From: Hemiscyllium ocellatum
Lineage: Eukaryota
Reading direction: 5' to 3'
Assembly (NCBI RefSeq): GCF_020745735.1
Contig: NC_083405.1
Location: 104,412,135 to 104,476,134 of the forward strand
DNA: 64,000 nt
Shown: positions 48,876 through 62,740 of the stretch, piece after piece
How positions within the stretch are numbered: the stretch's first letter is position 1
Layout: each line of letters opens with the position of its first letter
Position numbers and translations under genes: made by a program
Notes under the pieces: generated by a model
What the model was told of the DNA's origin: nothing
The model's database searches: none
The model's input: the letters and a program-made list of their open reading frames with translations, nothing else

Positions 48876-50779
48876 GGCTACATCCCATGGAATGAATAAA
48901 AAAAAGATGAACATTTAATGTAAAAAGTGCTTAGGTGCTAAAGGTCAGTATAAAATCGTGTGGCAAAGTAGTACTGCGAAAGCTTTCAGTCATTTTTATT
49001 AGAGTTAAGATATCACAGTTTTGAAAATTAATTCTGAATAACAGTATTAAATTCCAGCTTTTCTAAAGTGATAAAATATTAAAACCTTATGTCTTTAGAT
49101 GTAGTGAACATAAAAAGCTAAAAATTTCAGAACCCAAGACAATAGACCTGTCTACAACATATTTATTACAAGTAGTCACACTTTCACGTGTTGCTAAGTG
49201 CAAGAAATCTAGATTATCCATTTAAAAATGTTGGAAAAAATCAATCTTATGTTGAAAAACATTTAGACAAAACTTTGTAGATGCTGAATTAGTGTCATGC
49301 TTTTTGCCTGGAGTACCCTTAAATCAGACAGAAAACATCACCAACCCTCAAAAACAAATTAGAAATGTAATCAAATGCCCAAATTACTAAAGTAGTAGTG
49401 AAGCCATTACTAAGTTTGAAGAGTTCTTTCTTCAAAAGAAATAGATTAGTGGAGAAACATCTTGCATCAGCCCAACCTTAGCACAACTTTGGTGCAATGT
49501 ACGAGTTCTAGCCTGTCATGGATGGTCTGAATTCTTTGGAAACTATTATTATAATGGCATCTGGATGCACACCCAAGCTTTTTTTTAAAAAAATACTCAA
49601 TGCTCAGCAACTTGGCAGCGGCTGCGAAAAGCAGTTAATGACAAAAGGCTTCATGGCGCCAAAATCAAACCAAATAGTAATGGGACAAGTAAAAATTGTA
49701 TCTAAACTGCTAATGTTGAAAGACCAAGGAAACAGGAGTGAAACAAAAGAACACAAACTAAAGAAAAATCAAAATGAGGCAAGAGGTTACTTTCAAAAAT
49801 TGCTAAATAATGTTGAGGCCAGAAGGCTATAAAAATGCTGTTTCTTGAAAACAAGGACTACAGTGGTTTAAGGAGGCAGCTCATGACCACCATATCGAGC
49901 ACAAGTGGGGATGAGCCTAGCCAGTGACACCCACCTGTGAAAGAATTCAAACAACATTATGGTTTAGAACTGAGCGGAAATCATGAAGAACAAGTATGGA
50001 TGCAAGAGATTGGACTAACAAAGACCTCATCAAACAAGAGGTGTTCAAAGGGAAACAGATCAGGAGTGCTAGTAGGAAGGTTGCATTGTCTGAATAGATA
50101 TGGAGAAGGAGGAACTGAGATAACAGAAGTGTCCTTACAAGAAGCAGCATGTGAGAAAGTGCCAAGACTTAGTTACTTATACTGAATATTAGGAATGGTC
50201 TCCATTTCTGGGATAGGTTGAAAATTCAAGGAAAGGAAGGAAAGAGCGGGAGATACATACTATATTAAGACATCAGAAAGATGGACATTGAAAGGAAAAT
50301 TTATTATGTCCTTCCTGCTCAGAGCATAAGGAGGAAACAGCACTGTTTCAATCATCAGGTGGAAGGATAAGGAATAAGCTACCCGAGGTAGTAAAAAGTT
50401 TAATCCACTCTATAAAGAGCATTAGGTAGGGGATAAAAAAACTATTTCTGATATTTGCCTGAAATTGATTCACATTTTTAAACCCTGCTTAGCCTTTCGG
50501 TATTATTGGAAAGATTATTAATCTAGAATCCTGACAGTGTAGAAAGGGGTCATTTGGCTGATCGACTCTGCCCCTCCAAATAGCATCCGACCCTTTCCTA
50601 TCCCAGTAACCTGGGTCCCTGGCGCTGTGAGGCAGCACTGCTAACCACTGAGTTATAATTTGCTGTTATGTGGCACGGTTGATGCATTTTGAAATTGTCT
50701 AGAAGAATGTGAAAAATATTAGTTGCCCAATTTATTTAATTATCTAATTCATTCAATTTAAAAAAAAACTATGTACATA

Positions 50780-51414
50780 CAGTCATGCGTCTGTATCCAC
50801 AAAGGTGCTGTTCCTGAAAACCCCCGCTAATGATAAATTTATGGGTACAGAGCTTAAACACTTATGGTTAAGAATAGGGTTAGGTTCCTGGACACCAAGA
50901 TTATGATTTTTCACCTATTATTTTTGGATTAAAATAATAAATGTTACTGACCTTAAGGTAATACTGAAATAGAATATTTATAGAATATCATAGACTCATT
51001 GATGCTGAACCCACAGCCCACAGCACTAACTGACCACCTTCTTGCGCATAGGCACACTACCATGACCACTTCACTTGGGAGCCATCACAGTAACACAAGG
51101 GCAGAAGGGGGAGGGGGAGAGTTAGGTGTGCACAACAAACTTTAATGAGTCAATGCAAGAGAAGGGGGAGGGAGGGAGAGGGAGATGCTGAGATACCCAA
51201 GTATCTAGGGGAGGGTACTCCCATTTATGTTTGCTTTGGAGCATTTCTGGCGAGGGGTTGTATAGCTGCTTACTGCTTAAAAATTATTTTTGCTGTGGAA
51301 GTGGTCGTGAATATGCAAGGTTAGCTGGTAGATGTTGGTTAATTGGTTACTTATGTTTTGATGCAGGTAGGCAGGTTCACAAAAGTTAATTTCGCGGATT
51401 AAGAGGAACGGCTG
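50780..51414. mobile_element. Tigger-like non-autonomous DNA transposon
   Basis: TA|CAGTC...GGCTG|TA; imperfect TIRs (CAGTCATGCGTCTGTATCC vs CAGCCGTTCCTCTTAATCC). Confidence 0.55.
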
Positions 51415-51472
51415 TATTTTCTAACTCTGATCTGCAAACTGGCACATTTCTAGTTTATAGAGTTAATTTTGA

Positions 51473-52825
51473 AAGGTTTGTAGCTCAGGTTGAGGTTTAG
51501 GGTGTAGGTTTGCTCATGGAGCTGTAAGTTTGATATCCAGCCGTTTCATTATCTAGCTAGGTATCATCATCAGTGGCGACCTCCAAGTGAAGTGAAGCTG
51601 TTGTCTCCTGCTTTCTATTTACATGTTTGTCCGGGATGGGGTTCCTGGTGATGTCACTTCCTGTTTGCAAACAAACAAACCAACCAACAGCACACCCATG
51701 GGTTCTCTGCTATCAGGATTCATAGCAGAAGCAGTAATGCAAAGACTAGAACAAACAGCCCTACCAACCAAACCAAAAATCTGGGTCCACTATGTAGATG
51801 ACACCTTTGTCATCACAAAACGAAACAATATAGAAGAGACATTTAACATCATCAACAACACCCTCACAGGCATAAAGTTCACCAAGGAGGAAGAAACTGA
51901 CAACAAACTCGCATTCCTGGACTTCACAGTCGAAAGAAAGTACAATGGAGAACTACAAACCTGCGTATACAGAAAACACTGACCAAATACTTAACTACAC
52001 CAGCAACCACCCCAACACACACAAACGAAGCTGTATCAGAACACTATTCCAACGAGCCACCTCACACTGCAGCACAGACGAACTTTGAAAAACAGAGAAC
52101 CACCTATACAACGTATTCAAGAAGAACGGGTACTCAAAAAATACAGTCCGCAGATTCCTCAAGAACAAACCATGACAAGCAGACCATACACAGCCAGAAC
52201 CCCTAACCACCTTACTATACATCAAAGTAGTTTCAGAAATGACAGCCAGACCACTAAGATGCCTCAGAATCCTAGTAGCACACTAACCCACCATCACACT
52301 CAAACAAAAACTCACAAACCTAAAAGACCCAGTACAACTCATGGACAAAACCAACGTTGTCTACAAAATTCCATGCAAGGACTGCCGCAAACACTACGTT
52401 GGACAAACAGGAAGAAAATTAGCCACCAGGATACACGAACACCAGCTACTCACAAAAAGACACGACCCTCTCTCCCTTGTAGCCCTACACATGGAGGAAA
52501 AAAAAACATCATTTCGACTGGGACAACACATCTATCCTGGGGCAGTCTAAGCAAAGACATGCCAGAGAATTCCTAGAGGCCTGGCACTCCAACCACAATG
52601 CCATAAACAAACATTAATCTAGATACTATCTATCAACCCCTCATAAAACAAACAGGAAATGACATCACCAGAAACCCCAGGATCCCCATCCCGGACAAAC
52701 ATAAATAGAAAGCAGGAGACTACAGCTTTGCTTCACTTGGAGGTTGCCACTGATGTTACCTAGCCAGGTAATGAAACGTCTGGATATCAAACCTACAGCT
52801 CAGTGAACAAACCCACACCCTAAGC
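51473..52825 (+). mobile_element. 5'-truncated Penelope-like element (RT + GIY-YIG) with inverted terminal repeat
   Basis: PMGS...YVDD RT (51623..51982); NVVYKIPCKDC..YVGQT GIY-YIG (52341..52550); 51500-51667 inverts 52650-52823; TAATTTTGA flanking repeat; mutated hammerhead motifs at 51537-51576 and 52747-52783. Confidence 0.95.
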
Positions 52826-53149
52826 TAATTTTGATTTGTTTTTATTTGCAGAAAGCAATTGCAGCAAACTCACGTAAAGCATAAGTGATACTGGAGGGAA
52901 GCTGCAAAGCACAGGCTATCATTCCTGCAAAACATTAGCACAAACATTTTGTTAAGTGTGCGTCTCTACAAATGCTGCCAGATTCGCCAAGTATTTCTAG
53001 GTTTTTCTATTTCTTTAGAGTCCCAACATTTTCAGCATTTTGGCTTTGTATAGCACTGAAGTCTGATTCCACTTTAGTTAGTTTAGTATAAGTTAAGCTA
53101 ATTTAAACTAATTTGCTAAGTTCAATTATGTATCAAATTATAACTAGAA

Positions 53150-55700
53150 ACTAACTTCAATTCCCAGGATCTCCATCACCTCATTCACTATTGCATCCCA
53201 GTACCTACAAACCTCACAGCACAACCGCAGACAATGTGTGAGGGTGCCAGTGCTCATTTTATATTTAGGGCACCCTGGAGATGCTCCCTTCTTGAATTTA
53301 CTAATTATTCCAAGGCCATATGGGCTCTATGAAGAATCTTCAATTTCATTGCATATCGAGACATTTTTCACATTCTCCCATAAGTCCTCCCACGTCTTAG
53401 ACAATATTTCTACCTCTAGTTCCTGACTCCAGAGAGAGTCTTTCCATATCTTCCAAGGTGCCCCCTTCTGTAAATTATATAGAGCACCGACAAAGAATTT
53501 CTGCATACCGAGGGACTCTTCTCTCCATGTCGGACTTGTAGAGTTGAGTTAAAAGCATGGTCCTTCTCCGTATATAATCCCTGACCTGAAAATAACAGAA
53601 GAGGTCCCAATTGGGTGGCTCATACTGGTGACTTAACTGGTTATAAGACATCAGGACCTCTCCCTCAAATAGATCTCCCAGACAGGAGACTCCCCTGACT
53701 GCCCATACTTGAAAGCCAGAATCTATTGACCCCTACCTGAATCCTGGGGCTCCAACTAAGGGGACAAACTGTGAGGTCTTATGGTGGTTGCCCTCGCCCT
53801 GCTGCATCATCCTCCACACTTTAACCCTGTTGATGACAAATCGGGCTTCTACAATGCTCAGAAACCGGTTTCATCCTATCCATAAACAGCAAATTAAGGA
53901 GAGAACTCTTTGCCTGGGAAGCCTCGATGTCAAGCCATATCAACCTCAGATCTTTCCATACCCAGTCACTCCCATTGGACAGTGAATTTAGGGGATACGC
54001 CGGAGGACAATAGTTGTTCAGGATACCGTACTCCTTCCCCTGTATTAAGGCCTTCAGGATGATGAACCACCCATATTCATCCTTAATTTGGGCTATTATC
54101 TGAAATGGGAAGTTCTTCTGTACTAGTACGACCGCTCCTCTACTTTTAGAATTGAAAGAGGGAAAGAATCTCCTATCAAACCCTTGCTACTGTAATTTCA
54201 AAAGTTTCTTGTCACTCGTGTGTTTCTTGTAGCAAGGCGATGTCAACCCTCTCCTGAGGTTTGAGAGCACCTTTTTTCTTTTGATTGGGGAATGATTCCC
54301 CTTTATGTTCCAGGTGCACCATCTAAATGTACCATTAGGCTTAACCATCCAAAGTGGCTCACAGCCCGAGGGGAAGAAGCTTACTCATGGTGTGCCGATC
54401 AAAGAAAAAACATGATTCATAAAGTCTAAAAACAACTGCTACAAATACTACAAAAACTTTTTTTAAAAAAAGCTCACCACTACTCCTAAATCAACAAACA
54501 ACAAATTAATGGAAATTCCCCCTCGCCCATTTGGGGGACACACCCCAATTCCTACTATCATGGTTGCATCCGGCTAAGGCTGTGCCCAAAACCCAAGCAG
54601 TACAGGAGACAAAGAAAACCTATTATTTACACATATGAACAAAAAGTGGATGCTCAACCCATTCACCCCATATGTCAACCTCATTTGTCTTTTATTAAAA
54701 GAGGTAACCACCCCACACCAAGAAAAGCACAAGTGAATAACAGAAATTAGTAAAAGAAAAAAGGAAATTTTACATCCAACCAATACCAAGCATATAAAAC
54801 CAACAACCAAGACAGCAAAGGATATACCATTGTCCATAAATTTTTTCTGACCCAGACCATTTCAAAGAGTTTTGGAATTCCCTTACTTTCTCTGCTGAGT
54901 CAAAATTGTAAACAGACTGTCCATGGTTAAAATGCAGTACTGCTAAGTACCTCACAGGGTACTGGATATTCAGTGTCTCAACCTTTTCCTGACTTCATCA
55001 AAAAGATTTTTTCTTCTTGACTATATCCCCAGAGAAATCTTGGAAAAGCATAACTTTCGACCCCTTGTAGACCAGGGCCTGAGACTCTTTTTCCATCCTT
55101 CTGGAGGCCTCCATCATCATTTACTTCTCCTTGTAACACTGGAGTCGCATTAGGATTGGGCAGGGGTGCTGATCCAACCCACACCTGTGCATCACTATCC
55201 AGGGGTCCTGCTCCACACACACCTGGCCCAACTCAACTTCCAGTCCTAGAAACTGCAGGATCCACTGCTCCAAGAAGCTGACCAGGCTCTCACCTTCTCC
55301 ACATTTGGGAGCCCCACTAACCATAAGTTCTTCCTTCGACCTCAACCGCCGACCTTGTCCAGCAGAGCCCCAACCTGGCCTTCCAGTGTTTGGATCCTCT
55401 GCACAGAATTCTCCGTTGTGGGCTCAGATATTGTGGTCCTTTGTTCGACCGCAGTGACGTGTCGATCCAGCACTTGGATCTCCTGCTCAGGCTTCGTCGC
55501 GTGGCAGAGATCGATTCCAGCGCCAATTCTATTTTTCTTGGAGTTTTAAATTCTGTTGTTCCAGTGGGTTCACGGGCACCACCACCAGAGTCACAGCCAC
55601 AGGTGTGCCCGACACTGTAGGGGAGTACCCTACTTGCTGCTATCCTCGTGCTTCCTATCTGTGGGGCAAAACCCAAAGAAGGTCCACTACATCCGACTTG
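53150..55700 (-). mobile_element. L1-clade element: decayed ORF1 plus ORF2 with an internal deletion removing RT
   Basis: EN N-terminus WNIKG...DIALLQETH at about 54220-54330; CCHC-like C-terminus (CPK...GTLTHC..C....W) at about 53200-53280; ORF1-like segments at 54850-55600. Confidence 0.8.
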
Positions 55701-56864
55701 GTCAACAAATCAGGGTGGAAGACTACACTGAAGTAAAATGGAGACGCTCTTCTCTAGTCAGTACAGAAAAATTAAACAAAATGACAACTTATTCATTAAG
55801 CAGCAATTACAAGTAACAACTTGTATGATTTATAAAAGCAACATTAGGACTCAAGCTGAAACGCAATTTGTTGAAGTTTTAAACATTTATTTGAAATGCA
55901 TTTTTTCACAGATTCATTTTCCTTCTGTAGCATGCATCTCTCAAAATGAATGCACTTATAACGGATTTTTACCATAAATTTTGGCCAGAAAGATGCAGGA
56001 AAAGAAAGCAACTGCACAATAACTAACACTGCTTTCATAATTGGTTATTCATGGCAAATGGCAATCATAGAAACAAAAACTACTGCAGCTGAAGAAAAAG
56101 CCCTCCACTACAACTTGGTGACTAAAGATGGATAACCAACGCAATCTTACAGATATTACTCCTATTTCAAGATTTAATGGGGAAATAAAAGAGGAAAATT
56201 AGCAAACAGTCTGTTTGAGGATGGTGGCTTCTGAACTTTTTGAAGGGAAGAGGAATTAAAACAAACGGTTAAGATATTTATATAAAGAATTCCAGAGAGA
56301 GTGGCATAAGCTGATTGCTCTCCCCAGGTGGAGAAGATGAGAGACAACTGTACAGATCAACGTCAGGAGATTGAAGACATGGACTGAGATGGAAACTATT
56401 TTGGCAGGACACAAAGTTAAGAGACTATCAGGGATGGGAAAACAAAACTTAGAACAGGAAAAATGTGGTGGCAGACTTATTAAGCAGGTATCATTTTTTT
56501 TCAGTGTGGAAGACTAATAGATAATGATAGAACTCTAAAGCCTTGACCAACTACGATTGAGTCCATTGAAAATAGGCTAAAGCCTTGAGAATAACTCAGA
56601 TTTTGACAGTGTAATACTAAAGAGCAAAGGTGCCATCTTTGTGTAGCCCAATTAAACCAAGGCTCAATTGTTTGTTCAGTCAAATGTGAATAGGTTTTCT
56701 AAGATATAGCCAAAAGAATCAAGGGAATTGAACCAGCCAACACCTGTCTCTTAATCAACACTAGCAAGAAGAGACCAACTGTTAATAATCTCATTGATGC
56801 TCATGATCTGTCCATCACTTTTCCCTGCAAAATCCAAAATTAAAAATACCTCGCTGGCTAAGAC

Positions 56865-59660
56865 TTAGAGTTATGCAGCATGGAAACTGACCCTTTGGTC
56901 GAACTAGTCCTAGAGTCATAGTCCAACTGACCATGTTCCTGAACTAAACTAGTCCCACTTATCAGCGTTTGGCCCATATCCCTCCAAACCTTTCCTATTC
57001 ATGCACTCCTACAAATGTCTTTTAAAATGTTGTAACTGTATTTGCATCTACTACTTCCTCTGGCAGTTAATTCCACTCGTGAAACACCTGTATAAAAAAA
57101 AGTTGCCTCATATCCTTTTTAAATTTATCTCCTCTCACCTTAAAAATATGCCCCCTAGTTTTAAACTGCCCCCCCATCCTAGGGGGAAGACCCTTGTTTG
57201 TCTCCTTATTTATGCCCCTCAACCTAGACTCCAGTGAAAAAAGTCCCAGCCTATCTTTATAACTCAAACCTTCCATTCCTAGCAATATCCCGCTAGATCT
57301 TTTCTGAACCCTCCTATCCTTCCTATAGCAGGATGATAAGAACTGTACACAGTACTCCAGAAAATCCTCACTGTCTTGTACAACTTCAACATGACATCCC
57401 AATACCTATACTCAAAAGATCTGCGCAATGAAGTCAAGCGTGCTAAACACTTTCTTAATCACCCTGTTTGCATGTGATGCATTAAGTACCTAAACCCTTA
57501 AGTATCTCTGTCCTATATCATTCAGGGCACTACCATGAATTGCATTAGTCACACCTTTATTTGTTTTACCAAAATGCAATACCTTACATTTATCCAAATT
57601 AACTCCATCTGCCACTCCGCAGTCCATTGACCCAACTGATCAAGATCTCTTTGTAATAGAGTCATAGGGATGTACAGCATGGAAACAGACCCTTCGATCC
57701 AACCCGTCCATGTCGACCAGATATCCCAACCCAATCTAGTGCCACATGCCAGCACCCGACCCATATCACTCCAAACCCTTCCTATTCATATATCCATTCA
57801 AATGCCTCCTAAATGTTGCAATTGTACCAGCCTCCACCACTTCCTCTGGCAGCACATTCCATATACGTACCACCCTCTGTGTGAAAAAGTTGCCCCTTAG
57901 GTCTCTTTTATCTTTCCCCTCTCACCCTAAACCTATGCCCTCTAGTTCTGGACTCCCCAACCCCAGGGAAAAGACTTTGCTTATTTACCCTATCCATGCC
58001 CCTCATGATTTTGTAAACCTCTAAAAGGTCTCCTCTCAGCCTCCGACGCTCCAAGAAAAACAGCCCCAACCAGTTCAGCCTCTCCCTATAGCTCAAATCC
58101 TCCAGCCCTGGCAACATGCTTGTAAATCTTTTCTGAACCCTTTCAAGTTCAGGAAGGATAGAAAGGAGACCAGAATTGCACGCAATATTCCAACAGTGGC
58201 CTAACCAATGTCCTATACAGCCACAACATGACCTCCCAACTCCTGTACTCAATACGCTGACCAATAAAGGAAAGCATACCAAACGCCTTCTTCACTATCC
58301 TATCTACCTGCGACTCCCACTTTCAAGGAGCTATGAACCTGCATTCCAAGGTCTCTTTATGCAGCAACATTCCCTAGGACCTTACCATTAAGTGTATAAG
58401 TCCTGCTAAGATTTGCTTTCCCAAAATACAGCACCTCACATTGAATTAAACTCCATCTACCACTTCTCAGCCCATTGGCCTATCTGGTCAAGATCCTGTT
58501 GTAATCGGAGGTAACCCTCTTCACTGTCCACTACACCACCAATTTTGGTGTCGTCTGTAAACATACTAACTGTACCTCTTATGCTCACATCCAAATCATT
58601 TATGTAAATGACAAAAAAAAGGACCCAACACCGATCCTTGTGGCACTCCACTGGTCACAGGCCTCCAGTCTGATAAACAATCCCCCATCACCACCCTCTG
58701 TCTTCTATCTTTGAGCCAGTTCTGTATCCAAATGGCTAGTTCACCCTGTATGCCGTGAGATTTAACTTAGCTAATCAGTCTCCCATGGGGAATCTTGTCA
58801 AATGCCTTAGTGAAGTCCATATACATCACATCTACCGCTCTGCCCTCATCAATCCTCTTTGTTACTTCCTCAAAAAACTCAAACAAGTTTGAGAGACATG
58901 ATTTCCCACGCATAAAGCCATGTTGATTATCCTTAATCAGTCCTTGCCTTTCCAAATACATGTACATACTGTCCCTCAGGATTCTCACCAACAACTTGCC
59001 CACCACCGACGTCGGGCTCACTGGTCTATAGCTCCCTGGCTTGTCCTTACCACCTTTCTTAAACCGTGGCACCATGTTAGCAAACCTCCAGTCTTCCAGC
59101 ACCTCACCTGTGACTATCGATGATATAAATATCTCAGCAAAAGACCCAACAATCACTTCTCTAGCTTCCCACAGAGTTCTAGGATACACCTGATCAGGTC
59201 CTAGGGATCTATTCACCTTTCTGCATTTCAAGACATCCAGCACTTCCTCCTCCGTAATATGGACATTTTGCAAGGTGTCACCATCTATTTCTCTAAAGTC
59301 TATATCTTTCATATCCTTTTCCACAGTAAATACTGAATCAAAATACTCATTTAGTATCTCCTCCATTTTCTGCGGCTCCATACAAAGGCAATTTTGCTGA
59401 TCTTAAATAATCTACTTCATTGTCCACTATACCACCAATTTTGGTGTTATATGCAAACTTACTAACCAAATCTCCTAAATTCTCATCCAAATTGTGAATA
59501 TAAAGTGACAAATAAAAGTATACCCAATACTGATCTGTAGAGCACTGCTGGTCACAGGCCTCCAGTCCCAAAACAACCCTCACCACCATGGCCTCTGACC
59601 ATCAAGCCAATTTTGTATTCAACTGGCAAGTGCGCCCTGAATGCCATGTTATCCAACTTT
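56865..59660 (-). mobile_element. Older CR1 (56865-57657 and 59400-59660) interrupted by a younger CR1
   Basis: Host reading LVSKFA..TKIGG...LQRDLDQL is continuous across the insert. Confidence 0.85.
57658..59390 (-). mobile_element. Young 5'-truncated CR1 (RT + 3' end)
   Basis: ORFs 58767..59381, 58457..58651, 57908..58282 (YRPVS.TS, QHGF, MDF.KAFDK, F.DD). Confidence 0.95.
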
Positions 59661-60419
59661 TAGATGCACAGATGATGTGAAAGGCATGTGCTAGGAAGTG
59701 ACTAAATTCAACTGCAGTTATGAGGTAGACTACAATGCCAGTGGAGAAATGTAGTGATTCATCAAATCACAGTAAGATATTCAAATTTATGTTAGTTAAG
59801 GATAAACATTTGCCTGGATACAAGAGAAACCTCTTGTTCATCTTCAAATGATGTTACAGAATTTTTTCGCCATTACAAAAAGGCTCAGGCTGTTTCTTGT
59901 CTCAGTGCAAAGTCTGCACATCAAACATTAGCTGGGCCCCCAACAAATCTAAGCAATGTTCTACTGGCCCACCTATCAGCAGGTTAACCAATAACCCAGT
60001 CAAATAATATTGCTTGACTTTACAGAAATAAATAAATATAAAGCAACTTTTGTGACAATATACATGACATTTGCTTTGTCCATCAATCCTACATTGGAAT
60101 TTGCTCTGTTTACATTGATTAAACCTGAGCTGTTCTTTAGTCATTATAAAAATATCTTCTAAAACATTTACTTGGTTATATTACAGCATAAAGTATTTCA
60201 AGATATAAATGCAAAAATAAACATCCAAAAAACTGACTGATGTCCAAGATTACAAATGGCTGTCGCAAGATACCTGAAGCAGAGATAATTTTTTGTTCAA
60301 TGTAAAAAGATGAGAGTTTAGTTCTGTATACTCTTAACGTACATCAAATTGTGTATGCCAGTTCACAGCCCAAACTGGAGAATAAATTGTTCGGGTCTTG
60401 CTGCACATGGACACGAGCT

Positions 60420-60930
60420 ACTTCAGTATAAATCATGAATGATGTTGAACATAATGGCATCATCAGCAAACATTCCTATGTCTGACCTCATGATGGAAGG
60501 ACGGAAACTAATGCAGCAGCTGAGGATGGTTGAGCCCAGGATAAACCCTAATAACTTCACGGAATTATATACACCTAGACGGAGATGACTGACTAACAAC
60601 CAAAACAATCCTTCTTTGTACTAAATATGACTTTACATAGTTGAATACTTCACTTCTGATTTCCGAGTACTCCAAATTTTGTTGTGCTCCTCAATACCAC
60701 ACAATGCGTGCTTAATATTAAGGGCAGTCAGTCTTGCCTCACCTCTAGAGTTCAGCTCTTTTGTCTATGCTTGTATCAAGCTGGAGATATTTGAGGAGTT
60801 TGCTCCTCCTGTTAGCTGTTTAACTGTCCACCATTCATGCTTGGATGTGATGAGATTTCAGAGATTAGATTTGATTCATTTATTGTGGAATTGCTTAGCA
60901 CTGTCTACAACGCTAGCATTTACCATATGA
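60420..60930 (-). mobile_element. CR1/L2-group RT fragments
   Basis: MFADD motif in ORF 60423..60608. Confidence 0.65.
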
Positions 60931-61049
60931 CACATTCAGACTTGAGTCTACAGTTCTTGCTTTCCCTTTCTTGAATGGGGCAACATATTAGCAGTTTTCA
61001 ATCCACTGGAACCCTTCTCCAATCCACTGAGTTCTGAAATATTTAACAC

Positions 61050-62100
61050 ATAAAAAGCTGGATAAATCCCCAGGATCCAACTGATCAGGTGAACCCTAAA
61101 ACTCTGCAGGAAGCTCAGAAAGCGATTGCTGGACCCCTTATTGATATATTTGTAAATTTTGAAGATACGTGAGGTGCTGGAAGACTGAGGTTAGCTAATG
61201 TGGTGCCACTATTTAAGAAAGGTGGTAAGGAAAAGCCAGAGAACTGTCGACCAGTAAGCCTGACATCAGTAGTGGGCAGGTTGGTGGAAAAAGGCGTGAC
61301 GGACAGGATTTACATGTATTTGGAAAGGCAAGGACTGATGGGGGATAATCAACATGGCTTTGTGCATGGGAAATCACGTCTCACTAACTTGAGATTTTTG
61401 AAGGAATAACAGAGGATTGATGAGGGCAGAGAGGTGGACATGATCTGTAGTGGACAGTGAAGACGGTTACCGCAGAATGGGATTTTGACCAGATGGGCCA
61501 ATGGACCAAGGAGGGCAGATGGAGTTTAATTTAGATAAACAAGAGATGCTGCATTTTGGAAAGGCAAATCAGGACAGGATATATAGAGCCTTAGATACGT
61601 ACAGTACGGAAATAGACCCTTCGGTCCAATTCGTCCATGCTGACCAGATATCCCAACCCAATCTAGTCCCACCTACCAGCATCCGGCCCATATCCCTCCA
61701 AACTCTTCCTATTCACATACCCATCCAAATGCCCCTTAAATGTTGCAGTTTACGAGCTTCCACCACTTCTTCTGGCAGCTCATTCCATACACATACCACC
61801 CTCTGCAAGAAAATGTTGCCCCTTAGGTCTCTTTTATATCTTTCCCCTCTCACCCTAAACCTATACCCTCTAGTTCAAAGAGGATTGACGAGGGCAGAGC
61901 AATAGATGTGATCGATATAGACTTCAGTAAGGCATTTGTCAAGGTTCCTCATGGTTGACTGGTTAGCAAGGCTAGATCACATGGAATACAGGGAAAACTA
62001 GCCATTTGGATACAGAACTAGCTCAAAAGGTAGAAGACCGAGTGATGGTGGCGGAGGGTTGCCTTTCAGACTGGAGGCCTGTGACCAGTGATGTGCCACT
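61050..62100 (+). mobile_element. Rearranged CR1 with an embedded antisense CR1 3' end (61584-61875)
   Basis: VPLFKKG.K.KP.N.RPVSLTS; GAGGATTGA.GAGGGCAGAG occurs twice. Confidence 0.85.
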
Positions 62101-62289
62101 AAGCTTACACCACAGACATACACAGTTCAAGTGGTACTACTGAAGGGCTACTGGTAAAAGTGCAGCTAAGGGACCACTGTGCTGAACTGCCTATGTAGTG
62201 AAAGGTGACTAACCTGCATTATTCAAACACTCTTAGTTACAGAAATTAAAGTTAAATTGAGATGTGGTTTATACCTGGCAGAATCAAAA

Positions 62290-62740
62290 GTGGAAAGAAA
62301 GTCATATACAAAATACTTTGCAAGGACTACAACAAACATTACATCGGACAGATGGACAGGGAACTAGCTGCCCGGACATGTGAGCAACAACTAGCCAGCA
62401 AAAGACATGCCCAACTATCACTCATACCCATACACACAGATGAAGAGGGACACCAGTTCAACTGGAACAATACATCCATCCTGGAACAGGATGAACAAAG
62501 ACACGCATGGGAATTCCTCGAGCCTGGCATTATAACTGGAATCCCACTAACAAACATATAGGTTGGGACCCCATTTACCAAATCTCTGAAACAGAACCAC
62601 AACAAACCAAGACACAAATAGCAAGCAGGACAGAACACCAACGCTCCATCAGAGGCTCACTGATGATGTTGCCTAGCCTGGCCTGGTGACAAAACATCCG
62701 AGAACAAACCCACCAACTCAGTGAGCAAACTTACAACCAT
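62290..62740 (+). mobile_element. Penelope-like GIY-YIG and terminal-repeat fragment
   Basis: ORF 62262..62561 VIYKI.CKD..KHYIGQ; CTGATGA-stem-AAAAC decayed hammerhead at about 62657-62700. Confidence 0.88.
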
